DNA of 64,000 nt, from the NCBI RefSeq assembly GCF_006345805.1, contig NC_042997.1:209064001-209128000 (forward strand), given 5' to 3'. Source of the DNA: Octopus sinensis. Its lineage: Eukaryota. Below are positions 49,654-61,746 of the stretch, in pieces. Below the pieces are notes generated by a model. That model searched no databases. It saw only the letters and a program-made list of their open reading frames with translations, and was not told the origin of the DNA. How positions within the stretch are numbered: the first letter of the stretch is position 1; each line of letters begins with the position of its first letter. Made by a program: the position numbers and the translations under genes.

Positions 49654-52600
49654 TTAAATGTAAATTGTTTTTGAAAGTTTCTTGGGCCAATGCACTGTTC
49701 TGCCCGATTTTGTAACATACGGTGTGCTCGGGGCACCCGTTGACGGCGAGGGTGGTGTTGTAGGAGCCGGTGAAGGTGTTTGTGCAGGTGAAGGCGTTTG
49801 TGCAGGTGAAGGCGTTTGTGCAGGTGAAGGTGTTGTTAAAGGTGCATAGGTGGGTGTGTCAAGGTTGTCATCAAAAGATGAAGACGTCTCAAAATGTGCC
49901 TTTTTTAAACGGTCCACGGAAACGGTCTCCGAACGACCATTTATCTCAATCGTGAAAACCTTTGGTGTGCGAGAAAGCACACGAAAAGGTCCTTTATAGG
50001 GAGAAACAAGTGGGCCCTTCACAGAATCGTCCCGAACAAAAACATGCGACCAGGTGTTCATATCCGGTGGAAGATGGGACGGTGGAGATTGCTTTCTGGG
50101 AAGCATGGGCGGAAGGTTTGAAAAATATTCCCGCAGTCTGGTGACATAGGTCGCCGGATCATGGGGCGGGGAAGTGTCTGGCACCAACATCGTACCGGGC
50201 AATGCCAGTGTGGTACCATACAGCAGCTCTGCAGCAGAAAACCCCAGGTCTGCCTTGACAGCAGTCCGACAGCCGAGAAGCACAATGGGCAGAAATTCGA
50301 TCCAGGACTGTGGGTCCGAAGAGGCACGAAGAGCGGCCTTGAGCTGTCTATGGAACCGCTCAACCAATCCATTAGACGCTGGATGGTAGCTTGTGGTGTG
50401 GATATGGTGCATACCCAAAATTCGCGACAATTCGCGAAATAGCGAGGCCTCAAACTGTCGTCCACGATCAGTTGTCAATCGGGACGGGACTCCGAAGCGA
50501 GAAATCCAGTTTGAAACGAAAGCTCGCGCAACAGTCTCAGCAGAAATGTCTGCTATCGGAATGGCTTCTGGCCAGCGGGAGAAACGATCGACACAAGTTA
50601 ATAGATAAGAGAACCCGCGACTCACAGGCCATGGTCCAACCAGATCGATGTGGACATGGCGAAAACGGGCCTCCGTGGGGGGAAATTGTCCAAGCGGGGC
50701 ACGAACGTGCCGTTGAATCTTGGATCGTTGACACTTGGAGCAGGTGCGTGTCCAACAAGTAATTGTGCGACGCATATTCGGCCAGAAAAACCGAGCAGTG
50801 ATTAGTTTGAGGGTGGCAGCGATGCCAGGATGTGATAAGGAGTGCAGTGCTTCAAACACTGAGCGTTGATGGGTCTCAGGCACCAGTGGCCTGGGAGATC
50901 CAGTTGAAGTGTCACAAAGAATGGTGCCTTCGGCTGACGGAAGCGGAAGGTAGGAAAACTGGCAACAGGAGAACTTGGGAGAAGTTAAATCTAACGACGC
51001 CAAAGGTGGCTGCTCCTGCGATATGGCAGCTAAGTCGATAGCAGCAGGAGACGAAAGGGCGCAAACTGGAAGGCGAGAGAGAGCGTCAGCAGGAACGTTC
51101 TCTTTTCCAGGTATGTGTCGAATGTTGCTAGTAAATTGAGAGATAAAATCCAGGTGCCGAAAAGCACGGGGTGAGAGTTTGTCCGTTTTTGAAAACAGGG
51201 CAAACGTAAGGGGCTTGTGATCCGTATAGATCACAAAATCTCGCCCTTCAAGTTGATGCTGGAAATGACGAACCGATAGATAGATCGCTAGGAGCTCACG
51301 ATCAAAGGTGCTGTATCGTCGTTCAGCTGGTTGCAGTTGACGGGAAAAGAAGGCTAGAGGTCGAACATGGTCATCCACTGTGTGTTGTAACACAGCGCCA
51401 ATGGCAGTGTCCGATGCGTCCACAGTCAAAGAGAGAGAAGCACCAGGAACTGGATGTGCAAGCAAAGAAACAGAAGCCAGCTCCTTCTTAATGGACTCAA
51501 AGGCTGTCACTGCCTCAACAGAGAGGGTGACTTGACTGTCCTTTCTAGGAGAGTCCTTTAACAGCCTGGTGAGAGGTAGCAGCTTATCTGCACAACCGGG
51601 AATGAAGCGTCGGTAGAAATTGACCATCCCTAGATAATGCCTGAGCTGGCGCAAGGAAGTGGGGGGTGCGATGCGTTGAATGGCATCGACTTTTGACGAG
51701 AGGGGGCTGATTCCAGTCGAATCAATATGATGCCCTAGAAAATCTAGGGAAGAGCGTCCGAAAACACACTTGTCGGGGTTTATGCGTATGCTATACGCGC
51801 GAAGACGCTGGAAGAGTTGAGAAAGGTGCCGGAGATGATTTTCTCGTGTGTCGCTCGCAATGAGTATGTCATCGACATAGGCAAACACAAAATCAAGACC
51901 GCGAACAACCTCATCAATGAAACGCTGGAAGGTGCTAGTAGCATTCCGCAAACCGAAACTCATGTACAAAAACTCAAAACACCCAAACGGGGTAGTGATT
52001 GCAGTTTTTGGAACGTCGGCTGGGTTGACCGGTATTTGGTGGTAAGCGCGTATCAGATCGACCTTCGAAAAAATGGTACAACCATGGAGATTTGCTGTAA
52101 AGTCCCGGAGATTTCTAATCGGATAGCGATCGGCTATTGTGACGGCATTGAGGCGTCGATAGTCTCCAACCGGGCGAAAATCAGACTCGCCCTTTCGCGC
52201 CAAATGAAGGGGAGATGCCCATGGGCTGGTGGAGGGGCGTATAATGCCAAGTTGAAGCATGTGCTCAAACTCGGCTCTGGCCGTTTTAAGTCGGTCTGGC
52301 GCTAGGCGCCGGGGGCGTGAGAATACAGGTGGCCCATTGGTGGTGATGAAATGGAGGGTCGAGTGGGTAGGATTTTCCGGTTTAAAGGCAATGTCCACTA
52401 GCTCCGGAAATGAAACCAAAAGAGAGTGAAATGGGTCTCCAGAGGTGGCAACAAAGAATGTCGGGCTAAGGACCGCAGTGGTGGAACTCCCAGTCGGTGT
52501 AGAGAGCGACGTCGTGCTATCAAGAAGCCTCCGACGCCTGACATCCACCAATAGGTTAAACCTATCCAGGAAATCAGCGCCGAGAATAGGATGTGGGATG

Positions 52601-52884
52601 TCAGCGATGACGAAAACCCATCGAAAATCTCGACGAAGGTTGAGGTTGAGGCGCAGCGAAACCTGACCGTAAGTGGTTATGGGAGACGAGTCAATAGCAT
52701 GCAAGACAATCGAAGAGCGCTTGGGCTTGTCTGCAGCCAGACGAAGGGGCCAGATGCTGCAACAGGAGCCGGTGTCTACCATGAAGAATGTCTTCGACAC
52801 CAGATCTTTTACATAGAATGCACGATGTTTGGGAAACGAGATGGAAGAAGGTGACGTGCTCACCTCCTCCGGATTTAGTTTTCC
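49654..52884 (-). CDS. pol: Pol polyprotein: aspartic protease, RT, RNase H, integrase
   Basis: FMVDTGS; FAYVDDILI; DAS..TDHKPL; HSLSH..CSKC with HIDL/TDRG/VERFH; no stops. It lies in the -1 frame relative to gag at GGAAAAC-TAA (52884-52875), so the ORF-track start at 52914 is not a real start. Confidence 0.95.
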   Translation of the reverse strand, partial: GKLNPEEVSTSPSSISFPKHRAFYVKDLVSKTFFMVDTGSCCSIWPLRLAADKPKRSSIVLHAIDSSPITTYGQVSLRLNLNLRRDFRWVFVIADIPHPILGADFLDRFNLLVDVRRRRLLDSTTSLSTPTGSSTTAVLSPTFFVATSGDPFHSLLVSFPELVDIAFKPENPTHSTLHFITTNGPPVFSRPRRLAPDRLKTARAEFEHMLQLGIIRPSTSPWASPLHLARKGESDFRPVGDYRRLNAVTIADRYPIRNLRDFTANLHGCTIFSKVDLIRAYHQIPVNPADVPKTAITTPFGCFEFLYMSFGLRNATSTFQRFIDEVVRGLDFVFAYVDDILIASDTRENHLRHLSQLFQRLRAYSIRINPDKCVFGRSSLDFLGHHIDSTGISPLSSKVDAIQRIAPPTSLRQLRHYLGMVNFYRRFIPGCADKLLPLTRLLKDSPRKDSQVTLSVEAVTAFESIKKELASVSLLAHPVPGASLSLTVDASDTAIGAVLQHTVDDHVRPLAFFSRQLQPAERRYSTFDRELLAIYLSVRHFQHQLEGRDFVIYTDHKPLTFALFSKTDKLSPRAFRHLDFISQFTSNIRHIPGKENVPADALSRLPVCALSSPAAIDLAAISQEQPPLASLDLTSPKFSCCQFSYLPLPSAEGTILCDTSTGSPRPLVPETHQRSVFEALHSLSHPGIAATLKLITARFFWPNMRRTITCWTRTCSKCQRSKIQRHVRAPLGQFPPTEARFRHVHIDLVGPWPVSRGFSYLLTCVDRFSRWPEAIPIADISAETVARAFVSNWISRFGVPSRLTTDRGRQFEASLFRELSRILGMHHIHTTSYHPASNGLVERFHRQLKAALRASSDPQSWIEFLPIVLLGCRTAVKADLGFSAAELLYGTTLALPGTMLVPDTSPPHDPATYVTRLREYFSNLPPMLPRKQSPPSHLPPDMNTWSHVFVRDDSVKGPLVSPYKGPFRVLSRTPKVFTIEINGRSETVSVDRLKKAHFETSSSFDDNLDTPTYAPLTTPSPAQTPSPAQTPSPAQTPSPAPTTPPSPSTGAPSTPYVTKSGRTVHWPKKLSKTIYI

Positions 52885-53357
52885 GAGGGCTTGAAAGTGC
52901 ACGGCTGGGTACACCGATCTGCCCTTTTGGTAGAGCGACTACGACTGCGTTGTCGGCGCTCGATCGCACGGGATAGATCGTCGATTCGCCGCGTGAGCGC
53001 ATCAATCCGCTCGGCTAGTGAAATTTGCGCAGGGCCCCCTATACATGCACAGAGGCCTCGCGATGGAGATGGATTCGGAAATTCCAGTATTCCATCGGCC
53101 ATCGTGGCAATCTGAATATTGCTCTCCCCCGAACGTGTGTTGCGGCGGAGGATTTCTGCTTTCACAGACGCGTATGTGGCATCCGGGTGGGGACTTATTA
53201 TTAGATCCCTGATCGATGCGGCGAGTCGGGGATGTAAGCCGGAATATAGCAGGTGCAACTGCTGCTGTGGAGAAATGGCATGTGCATCAAAATACCACTC
53301 CACTTGGGCAAACCACAGGCCCATATCCCCCGTAAATGAAGGCAAACCTGAAGCCAT
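52875..53357 (-). CDS. gag: Gag (short, apparently internally deleted)
   Basis: [30 protein letters not shown]-terminal motif and RSRSRS..CTQPCTF tail; only 160 aa. Confidence 0.82.
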   Translation of the reverse strand: MASGLPSFTGDMGLWFAQVEWYFDAHAISPQQQLHLLYSGLHPRLAASIRDLIISPHPDATYASVKAEILRRNTRSGESNIQIATMADGILEFPNPSPSRGLCACIGGPAQISLAERIDALTRRIDDLSRAIERRQRSRSRSTKRADRCTQPCTFKPSEN

Positions 53358-53732
53358 GCCTTTGTCGGAAGGAATCTGTGAGAAGGGGGCAGAAGGTATG
53401 GTCTAGAAGTGGAGAGAGAACACGTGGAACCGAGAAGGCAATTCAAAATTGTGTTTGTGTGTGCACCTCGTGGGTAGCAAAAAAAGGAATAGGTGTGTAC
53501 AAGGAAAACAAAATACAGAAAGGAAAAAAAATGAATGTGTGTGTGTTTTCTTTTTTCTTTGTTTTTTTTTTTTTTTTTTTTTGTACTGTGTGCGATGAAT
53601 AAGGCTATTTTACCCACCTCGCCGTGCTGAAAAGGAGAAAATAGGAAAATAAATGTGAATTTCCGCGCTCTTCGGCCCCAAAAAAAAACCTGTTCGCTGT
53701 GTCTTCTTCTATCCTGTTCTTTTTCTCAACTA

Positions 53733-53742
53733 GGGGTCACCA
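53733..53742 (-). promoter_or_regulatory. Primer-binding site complementary to the tRNA-Trp 3' end
   Basis: TGGTGACCCC begins 2 nt inside the 5' LTR boundary and matches the metazoan tRNA-Trp ...GGGGTCACCA end. Confidence 0.8.
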
Positions 53743-53744
53743 AT

Positions 53745-54162
53745 TGTAACGTGAAAGGATCTATCATCGAAGCACTGGCAGGGTGTCGAGATCCTTTCTA
53801 GTCACATACAAAAATTCTTGTAGAAAACAAACAGACGAAACTCAGGTTAAAGGTGAACAGACAACTTGGTTTATTGATTCATGGTTGTACGTTGTCTGAT
53901 GGGGAAATAGACAGCCTCTGATATACTGCTGGTGTTGGTCGTTGAGGTTGGTTGAAGTTGGTTGAAGTTGGTGTGTGGCTGTCAGAGCCAGGAAAACCGT
54001 GACCGATCGCAGTGCTGTCTTGAGCCGAAGAGAGAGATTTGAGGTTCGCGGGCTCGAGAGATGTTTTCCCGCACATGCGCATGGGGAAGACTTCCGGTGG
54101 CCACCCGGAAGTAGTCCCATTCTGCGCATGCGCGCCGAACCCTACACTGTAGCATCACTACA
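53745..54162 (-). repeat. 5' LTR
   Basis: TGTAGTGATG..CACGTTACA; no difference from 49111-49528 seen by eye, and the spurious ORFs over both LTRs translate identically. Confidence 0.95.
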
Positions 54163-54299
54163 AAATTATAGCCAAATACTACTTCATGCCAATGCATGTT
54201 GTCTTTGCTTTGCCCTCATGCTTTCCGAAATCCGCCGAAACTACACCTGAATATACGTACACTTTAGATGAGTTGTAGTGCACCTGAGCACTGTACACA

Positions 54300-54340
<41 letters not shown>

Positions 54341-54414
54341 CCCACCTCGATCCTTCTTCCTTTCATCGTCTCATTTTCAGAAATACGGCAACATATTTTG
54401 GTTGCTCTTAGACA

Positions 54415-55065
54415 ACAGGCGTGGCTGTGAGATAAGAAGATTTTCTCTCAACCACAGGGTCCCAGGTTCAGTCCCACTACTTGACATTTTGGGCAAGTGT
54501 CTTCTATTATAGCCTCGAGCTGACCAAAGCCCTGTGAAGGGATTTCGTAGACGGAAACTTAAAGCAACCCATCGTGGGTGACAAAGAGAGAGAGAGAGCA
54601 TGTGTCTTTGTGTCTGTCCCCCACCCCACTACTACTTGATAACCAGTGTTGGTATGTTTACGTCCCAGTAGTTTGGCAGTTCAACAAAAGACACTGGTAG
54701 AATAACTCTTTTACTTGTTTCAGTCATTTGACTGCGGCCATGCTGGAGCACCGCCTTTAGTCAAGGAAATCGACCCCAGGACTTATCTTTGTAAGCCTAG
54801 TACTTATTCTATCGGTCTCTTTTGCTGAACCGCTAAGTGACGAGGACGTAAACACACCAGCATCGGTTGTCAAGCGATGTTGGGGGGACAAACACAGGCT
54901 CACAAACATATATATATACAGATATACGACGAGCTTCTTTCAGTTTCCATCTACCAAATCCACTCACAAGGCTTTGGTGGGCCCGAGGCTGTAGCAGAAG
55001 ACACTTGCCCAAAGTGCCATGCAGTGGGACTGAACCCGGAACCATGTGGTTGGGAAGCAAGCTAC
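54415..55065. mobile_element. Two SINE-B copies tail-to-tail (+ ~54415-54705, - ~54706-55065)
   Basis: Same motifs in opposite orientations. Confidence 0.8.
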
Positions 55066-55124
55066 TTTATTTCAAAATTTTGCCATAAAGGCATACCATA
55101 TATATACGTTTCACTGTCATGTAG

Positions 55125-55670
55125 CCTGGCTGTTCACACACAGGCATCATACAGTCTACCTTTCACTCTAAAGGAGAGGCCCTTTGTTACCAACAGAGAT
55201 AGGAGCTCTCTGATCTTTGCCCAGCCTATTCTTATTCTAGTAGCTATGCTCTCAGAACATCCCCCTCCATTCCTACTTACTAAGAGTTTGTTTTTTGTTA
55301 GATTAGCCCCTTTGGTTCCAGACCTTGCTTCCACACCTGAAACTTGTTTCTCTAGTTCTGGTAGTGATTCAGTTATCAGAACAAGATCATCAGCGGAGGT
55401 CTCAGGGGTAGCCCATCTTAAATTCCTCTCTTATTGCCTGGAGGACTATGATAAACAAGAGGGGACTGAGGAATGATATTCTTGGTGAACCCCTACTTGG
55501 ACTCTGAAATCATCGTTATATTCATTGCTCACCTTCACCCGACTGACAGCATCCTTGCACATGACTTGAACAGCCCTCAAAAACCACTCCTCTATCCCTA
55601 GCTTCTGCATTGACCACCAGATTAGGGAGCAGGGGACTCTGTCAAAGGCTTTCTTTATGTCAACAAATGT
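55125..55670 (-). mobile_element. RTE LINE reverse-transcriptase fragment
   Basis: FVDIKKAFDRVP and GGGCSESIATRIRIGWAKIRELL..KGRLYDACV, with frameshifts or deletions. Confidence 0.85.
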
Positions 55671-55821
55671 GGAAAAATTATTTTGTTTGGAGACATGTGA
55701 GGGTCGTCAGCAGGAAGAGCATCCAACCATAGAAAATCTGCGTCAATAAACCCTGTCTGACCCATGAAGACATGGAAAAGTGAACGTAAAACCAACAACA
55801 ATAATGATCAATGAAGGAGGC

Positions 55822-56857
55822 AGCGAGCTGGCAGAAACGTTAGCACGACGGGCGAAATGCTTAGCAGTATTTCGTCTGCTGTTACGTTCTGAGTTCAAAT
55901 TCTGCCGAGGTTGACTTTGCCTTTCATCCTTTCGGGGTTGATTAAATAAGTACCAGTTACGCACTGGAGTCGATGTAATCGACTTAATACCTATGTCTGT
56001 CCTTGTTTGTCCCTTCTGTGTTTAGCCCCTTGTGGGTAGTAAAGAAATAGGTATTTCGTCTGCCTTTACATTCTGAGTTCAAATCCCGCCAAGGTTGACT
56101 TTGCCTTTCATCCTTTCGAGATTGATAAATTAAGTACCAGTTGCATACTGGGATCCACCTAATCGACTGACTCCCTCCCCCAAAATTCCAGGCCTTGTGC
56201 CTAGAGTAGAAATGAATATTTAAGGCCACAAGCTGGTTGAATTGTTAGCAGGCTGGATGAAATGCTTTGCAGTATTTTGACTGCCTTTACATTCTGAGTT
56301 CAAATTACGCCGACGTCAACTTTGCCTTTCATCCTTTTGGGGTCAATAAATTAAATACCAGTGAAACACTGGGGTCAATCTAGTCGACTGGCTCCCTCCC
56401 CCAAAATTTCAGGCCTTATGCCTAGAATACAAAACAATATTGTATTATTTGTAAGGTGGCGAGCTGGCAGAATCTTTAGCACACCAGATGAAATGCTTAG
56501 CGGTATTTTGTCTGCCGTTACGTTCTGAGTTCAAATTCTGCTTAGGTCAACTTTGCCTTTCATCCTTTCGAGATTGATAAATTAAGTACCAGTTGCGTAC
56601 TGAGTCCGTCTAATTCACTGGTTCCCTCCTCCAAAATTCCGGGCCTTGTGCCTAGAGTAGAAACAAATTATAGCAGAAACGTTAGCAAGCTGGACAAAAT
56701 GCTTTGCGGTATTTCGTCTGTTTCTGTTCTGAGTTCAAATTGCGCTGAGGTTGACTTTGCCTTTCATCCTTTCAGAGTCAATAAATTAAGTACCAGTTGT
56801 GCACTGAGCCCCCTCCCCCCAAAATTTTGGGCCTTGTGCATAGAGTAGAAAAGAATA
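55822..56857 (+). mobile_element. Cluster of ~5 co-oriented SINE-C monomers
   Basis: TTCTGAGTTCAAAT..TTTGCCTTTCATCC repeated five times with diverged tails. Confidence 0.85.
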
Positions 56858-56858
56858 A

Positions 56859-57165
56859 TCTTTATATATAAAATTGAAGTTGTGTGTGTGAGACTCTGTC
56901 TCCTCCGATTTAGATTCCTAACTACTCCCACATTTTGCGGTGCAGTTTAACCAAAACCGGGTATCTTATAGTTGTGATTCATATCGAGCCCTTCTGGGTA
57001 TTAGCGTGCGTCTACAATGAGTCTACGATTTAAAAAAATATTTACCATCATTTTTCCGCATTTTTAATGATTTTTGCTCGGGTTATATAAGGGGAGTAAC
57101 TCTCTAAAAATGCTTATATAGTTATTTCCCTTACAAACCCGAGCAACGCCGGGCGATACTGCTAG
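56859..57165 (+). mobile_element. Non-autonomous Helitron, short form
   Basis: A|TCTTTATATATAAAA..GATACTGCTAG|T; homologous to 46785-47178. Confidence 0.8.
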
Positions 57166-57659
57166 TGATTGATAAAGCACAACTCAATAATAAATAAGTC
57201 AAACGCAAACAAAGCACAACCACAAATTATTGGTATTTTATTTGATTTATTCAAATTATCCGAATTATTATTATTATTATTAATTCTCCTTCAGCATCTT
57301 TAATCAGCATCTTTGAACTCATTTCTTTCTCTCATTGACTCCGACAATTCCAGACATTACAAATTATAGTGTGTCTCAACTGATCAATCGGTCTTATTAA
57401 ATAAAACCTTATAAAAAATCGTTTAGATATTTTTTTTGTTCCAAAGTTAATTTTGAAATGTTCACTGTCTCCTTTTTTTTTTTGTATTTATTTGAAAAAA
57501 GGTAAAAAAAAAAACCTCAAACATTTTATACAACGAAAAGGAGCGAACGAAACCAACTTTCCATTCCAACAGAAGACAAAAGAATTAAGAATTAAGAATA
57601 ATATTCCAAAATATAAAGCAGAGAATATATTTAAAACTGTAAAAGATTAAAAAAAACTA

Positions 57660-57965
57660 TTACATGTGTATATATATATATATAAACATTGTTTTCACAC
57701 ACACACACACACTCATGTATAAATATATTCATGTGCATCTTTCTATGCACATTATATATATATATAAAACATACAGACGCACACACACACACACACATAT
57801 ATATATGTATACATGTATGTGCTTTAGACACACATATATATATATATACATACATATATAAACATACATGTATATATACATATATACATACATACATGTG
57901 TATAAATATATACGAGTGCTCACACACAGACACACACACATGCTTATATATACGTATGTATGTGT
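57660..57965. repeat. Degenerate (TA/CA)n low-complexity tract
   Basis: Direct inspection. Confidence 0.9.
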
Positions 57966-58038
57966 ATTGTATATTGAACCAAAAAGTACTCAGTATGGCA
58001 AGAACTAGATATCATTTAATGAACACAGAATTTATACA

Positions 58039-58322
58039 TGAACTACTTCAAGTTTCATGCTTGAATGATGCAGCAACAAGACAGGTGTATACAGTGTACC
58101 ATGCATGACCCAGCAATTGATCAGACTCAAATGACATAGGTACTCCATGAAAAAAATGAGTAAAATGTTTTTCTTGTGATACTTTTCTTGTTTCTTCTTG
58201 TATTTCCCCATGGAGTAAATGGTCGTCTGAGCTCAAATGATTGCCAGGTCGGTCATGCATGAAACAGTATACAGGTATGTCTTTTAAGTGCACTATCAGA
58301 GCATGAAACTTGAAGTAGCTCA
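58039..58322. repeat. Old imperfect foldback, ~110-bp arms
   Basis: TGAACTACTTCAAGTTTCATGC..TACTCCATG versus CATGGAGTA..GCATGAAACTTGAAGTAGCTCA. Confidence 0.75.
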
Positions 58323-58349
58323 AGGATGAATCCTGTGTTCATGAAATCA

Positions 58350-58506
58350 TCTGTGTGTGTGTGTATGTATGTATGTATATATATTTGTGTGTGTGTATAT
58401 GTATATGTATGTTTTTAGATATATATTATAGAAAGATTTACATGTGTATGTGCATATATAGATCTATATATTTATACATGTATATATATATATATACATG
58501 CACACA

Positions 58507-58541
<35 letters not shown>

Positions 58542-58621
58542 ATGCATGCATACATACATATATATATATACATGCGTACATACATATATACATGCACACA
58601 CACACACATACACATGCCTAC

Positions 58622-58656
<35 letters not shown>

Positions 58657-58735
58657 GCATATGCACACATGCAAGTACACATATATTTGCTTAATCTCAC
58701 AACATCCATGTCTATAACACACACACACACACACA
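58350..58735. repeat. Degenerate (TA/CA/TG)n low-complexity tract
   Basis: Direct inspection. Confidence 0.9.
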
Positions 58736-58949
58736 TTCTGTTTACAAATCAATATTTTCCATTCCATAATGTTGATGATATAGTTGTTGTTGTTGTTCTT
58801 GTTCTTGACCACACTTCAAGACTTTGGCCATTTTTAGTAATTCCATCGTGATGTTGTGGCCATCATTATCGGTCAAAGGATTCTGCATAGAGTGGCTGTA
58901 AGGAAGGTATTAAAGATGACCTCATTGTGACCTTTTTGTCAGTCAGGTC

Positions 58950-59009
58950 TCAAGATTTCTGGACAGTTAACACATTAAACTCGGTTCCTTCAGAGTTGGA
59001 CTTTATTGG
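58950..59009 (-). CDS. Terminal coding exon completing the CBM48 domain, followed by a stop
   Basis: Acceptor tcttgtctgttttccag; in phase with the 62638 exon; PIKSNSEGTEFNVLTVQKS* aligns without gaps to AMPK-beta PIVTSQLGTVNNIIQVKK. Confidence 0.82.
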   Translation of the reverse strand, partial: PIKSNSEGTEFNVLTVQKS

Positions 59010-59484
59010 CTGGAAAACAGACAAGAGACAGGTTTCTGTAGAGTTTCATACAAGATACTTGCTTTCAAACGAAACGATAAGTTACGGGGACGCAAACACA
59101 CCAACACTGGTTGCCAAGCACACACACACATGTATATATACATATAGTTGGAATTTACAAAAAAAAAAAGACAAAGATGGGAGTAAAGAACAAGCAAGTG
59201 TATTAGTTTAACGCTCGGGAAGTGAGAAAGTCTTTTACATTTTGAGCCTACGCTCTTCGACAGAAAGGGACACAGAAATAAACAGGGAGAGGAAATAGAA
59301 AAAGGTTTAGTGGCTAGCAATTTATCATACATACATACATACATATATATATACACACACACACACACGCACACAAATGACTTCTTTCAAACAAGAATAA
59401 ATGTCAATCATTGGGTTGGCAGGTGAGTAGTGGTGGGCAGCAGAAATCATGTGACACACACACACACATAAACATGTGAATTTA

Positions 59485-61565
59485 ATGCATAGCCAGGTGT
59501 TCACCAAGGCTCAGTCCTCAGCCCCCCCCCCCCCCGCCCGCTCATTCTTGTCTGACTATCCACAACAGAAGAATATAAGACTGGAAGAGCATGAGAACTT
59601 GTGATGATCGTGTTCTCATGACAGAATCTTTAACAGAACTAGAAAAGAAATTCCAGCTATGGAAGCAAAACTTGGAGTCAAAGGGACTTATGGTTAACCT
59701 CGCAAAGACCAAGGTCCCTGTAAGTAAGAAATCAAGCAGAACCCTACCCCTTTTTCGAACAGGGCCCATAACCCCTGTTCAATATGTAGAAAGGGCGTAA
59801 GCAGAAATTCCATTCGGTGTACCAAGGGAAAGCTATGGATACGCAGAGAAGGTAGTGTTTACATGTGGACGATGTACAGGTGCCATAAAGACTCTCAGAT
59901 ACATGGGAGACTGATTTCCTCAAATGTCTCAGAGGCTTTCTGGTGGATAATAATTACTGCTGACCTAATTAGGTGACCTAATTTGCAGTGAAGAGGATGT
60001 TCCAAAAGTGTAATTGCTAGAATAAGAATAGGATGGAGAAAATCCAGAGAAATTTTACCTGCATTGGCAATCAAAGGTCTCTCTCTGAGCAAAAAGAAGG
60101 TTGTACAATGCATGTACACAAACAGCAATGGAGGCACAATGGCCCAGTGGTTAGGGCAGCGGACTCGCGGTCGGAGGATCGCGGTTTCGATTCCCAGACC
60201 GGGCGTTGTGTGAGTTTATTGAGCGAAAACACCTAAAGCTCCACGAGCTTTTTGTCCCTGACTTCCTATGCAACCGCTGAGCCTGGATGCGCATTCACCC
60301 ATCCGTCGATGGTGTCGGGGGTTGACCTGCTTTCTCTTCTGCGGGTCTTACGAATAGCAAAGGACCTCGTTTCGGACTTCTCCCAAGGGATGAAGACCGC
60401 TCCGCTCAACAAACAAACAACAAACACAAACAGCAATTCTACATAGTAGTGAGACGTGAGCCTTGAATGCAGATGCTATGCAAAAACTAGATAGGAATGA
60501 AGCTAGTATCCTCCTCCATTAGATGTGAAATATCAGGATACAAGTGAGACAGAGAGTACAGGGAGAAAAGTTGGGCATAAGAGGAATTAGAAGCAGCGAG
60601 CGTGAGAGAAGACGGCACTGGTTTGGTCAAGGGATGTGAATGGATGAGGATAGTTGAGGGAAGTTCTGGAAGTGGGAGACCCAGGAAGACATGGGACAAA
60701 GTACTGAAGGCCAATCTCAAAATGCTGAGCCTTACAAAAGAGATGATAAAGGGCTGAGATATCTAGTGTTTTATTGTACTCAAGAAGACTTGCCCACCAC
60801 AGCAGAATTGTTATCCAGAAAACCCACCTTGGTAATGTTTGTCCATGAGGATTTTTGCTCCATTAACCTTCTTCCCCACCTGCATTTCATACCCTAAAAC
60901 CCATCACTTCCCCTATCCCCTGAGTGCAGAACAGGCACATACTACATCCCCTGGCTTTCTCAGTTATCTATCCTCCCACCACCACCAGTTACCTTTATTC
61001 CCCTGCCTACTGTCCCCATCAATCCCCTCCTTTCCCTTCCCTATACTGCCCTCCATCATCAACTCCTCGCTTACCTGCTAACATCCTCAATGCCCTAACA
61101 TATCTACTGCAACCCCTGCCCTCAAGCCTCTCCTAGGTTTCCCTCCATTATTTGCTATGGTCACCTCATCCTGCCCCATTCACCCAGCCCAAGCCTCTAT
61201 ATCACCACCCCAAATGTCCCTCAACGACATGCCCCGACACATCTCTGCCATCTTCTCTCTCTCACTACCACTCTCTTTATTTTACTCTCCAACTCATTCT
61301 CCTTTCTTTTCAAACTGGGATTTGAGAGGTTCTTGTCATGCAAGAAACTTTGGTGACCCTATTAGTGCTGATGCCATATAAAAAGCATCCAGCACACCCT
61401 GTACACTGGCTGGTATTTGGAAGGGTATCCACCCATAGAAACCATGCCACAACAGACTATGGAACCTGGCATGGCTCCTAGCTTTGCAAACTTGTATCAC
61501 ACTGCCCAACCCATACCAGCATGGAAAATGGACATTAAACGATGATGATGATGATAATGATGATG
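59485..61565 (+). mobile_element. Degenerate RTE LINE: RT remnant, C-terminus, long pyrimidine-rich 3' UTR, (GAT)n tail
   Basis: VHQGSVLSP, LTELEKKFQLWKQNLESKGLMVNLAKTK and GRPRKTWDKV; interrupted by a SINE at 60130. Confidence 0.85.
60130..60423 (+). mobile_element. Young tRNA-derived SINE (distinct family) with 14-bp TSD
   Basis: A box TGGCCCAGTGG, B box GGTTTCGATTCC, (AAAC)n tail; TSD ACACAAACAGCAAT at 60116-60129 and 60424-60437. Confidence 0.88.
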
Positions 61566-61746
61566 GCATATATATATATAAATTCAAATAAAGGTTAGAA
61601 ACCTCATTAAGGGATAGCAAAATCCTATGAAAGTACTGATTAGTTACCTATACAAAGAATGTTGAACATTACATTTGATACTCAACTGTAAGGTAACTAT
61701 ATAAACCGTGATTTATATTTATTTATTTATTTATTTATTATAATAA

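Larger units (their letters stand above)
49111..54162 (-). mobile_element. Full-length Ty3/Gypsy LTR retrotransposon, CsRn1/Kabuki/Boudicca-like
   Basis: Two 418-bp TG..CA LTRs, 4-bp TSD AAAT (49107-49110, 54163-54166), PBS, PPT, gag and pol. Confidence 0.96.

Noticed and set aside
49770-53617. Many ORFs antisense or in alternative frames to gag-pol, and ORFs over the LTRs
   Set aside because: Shadow frames of a GC-richer coding region; no env-like or other motif.
60130-60205. tRNA gene
   Set aside because: No closed acceptor stem or terminator; continues into a SINE body with tail and TSD.
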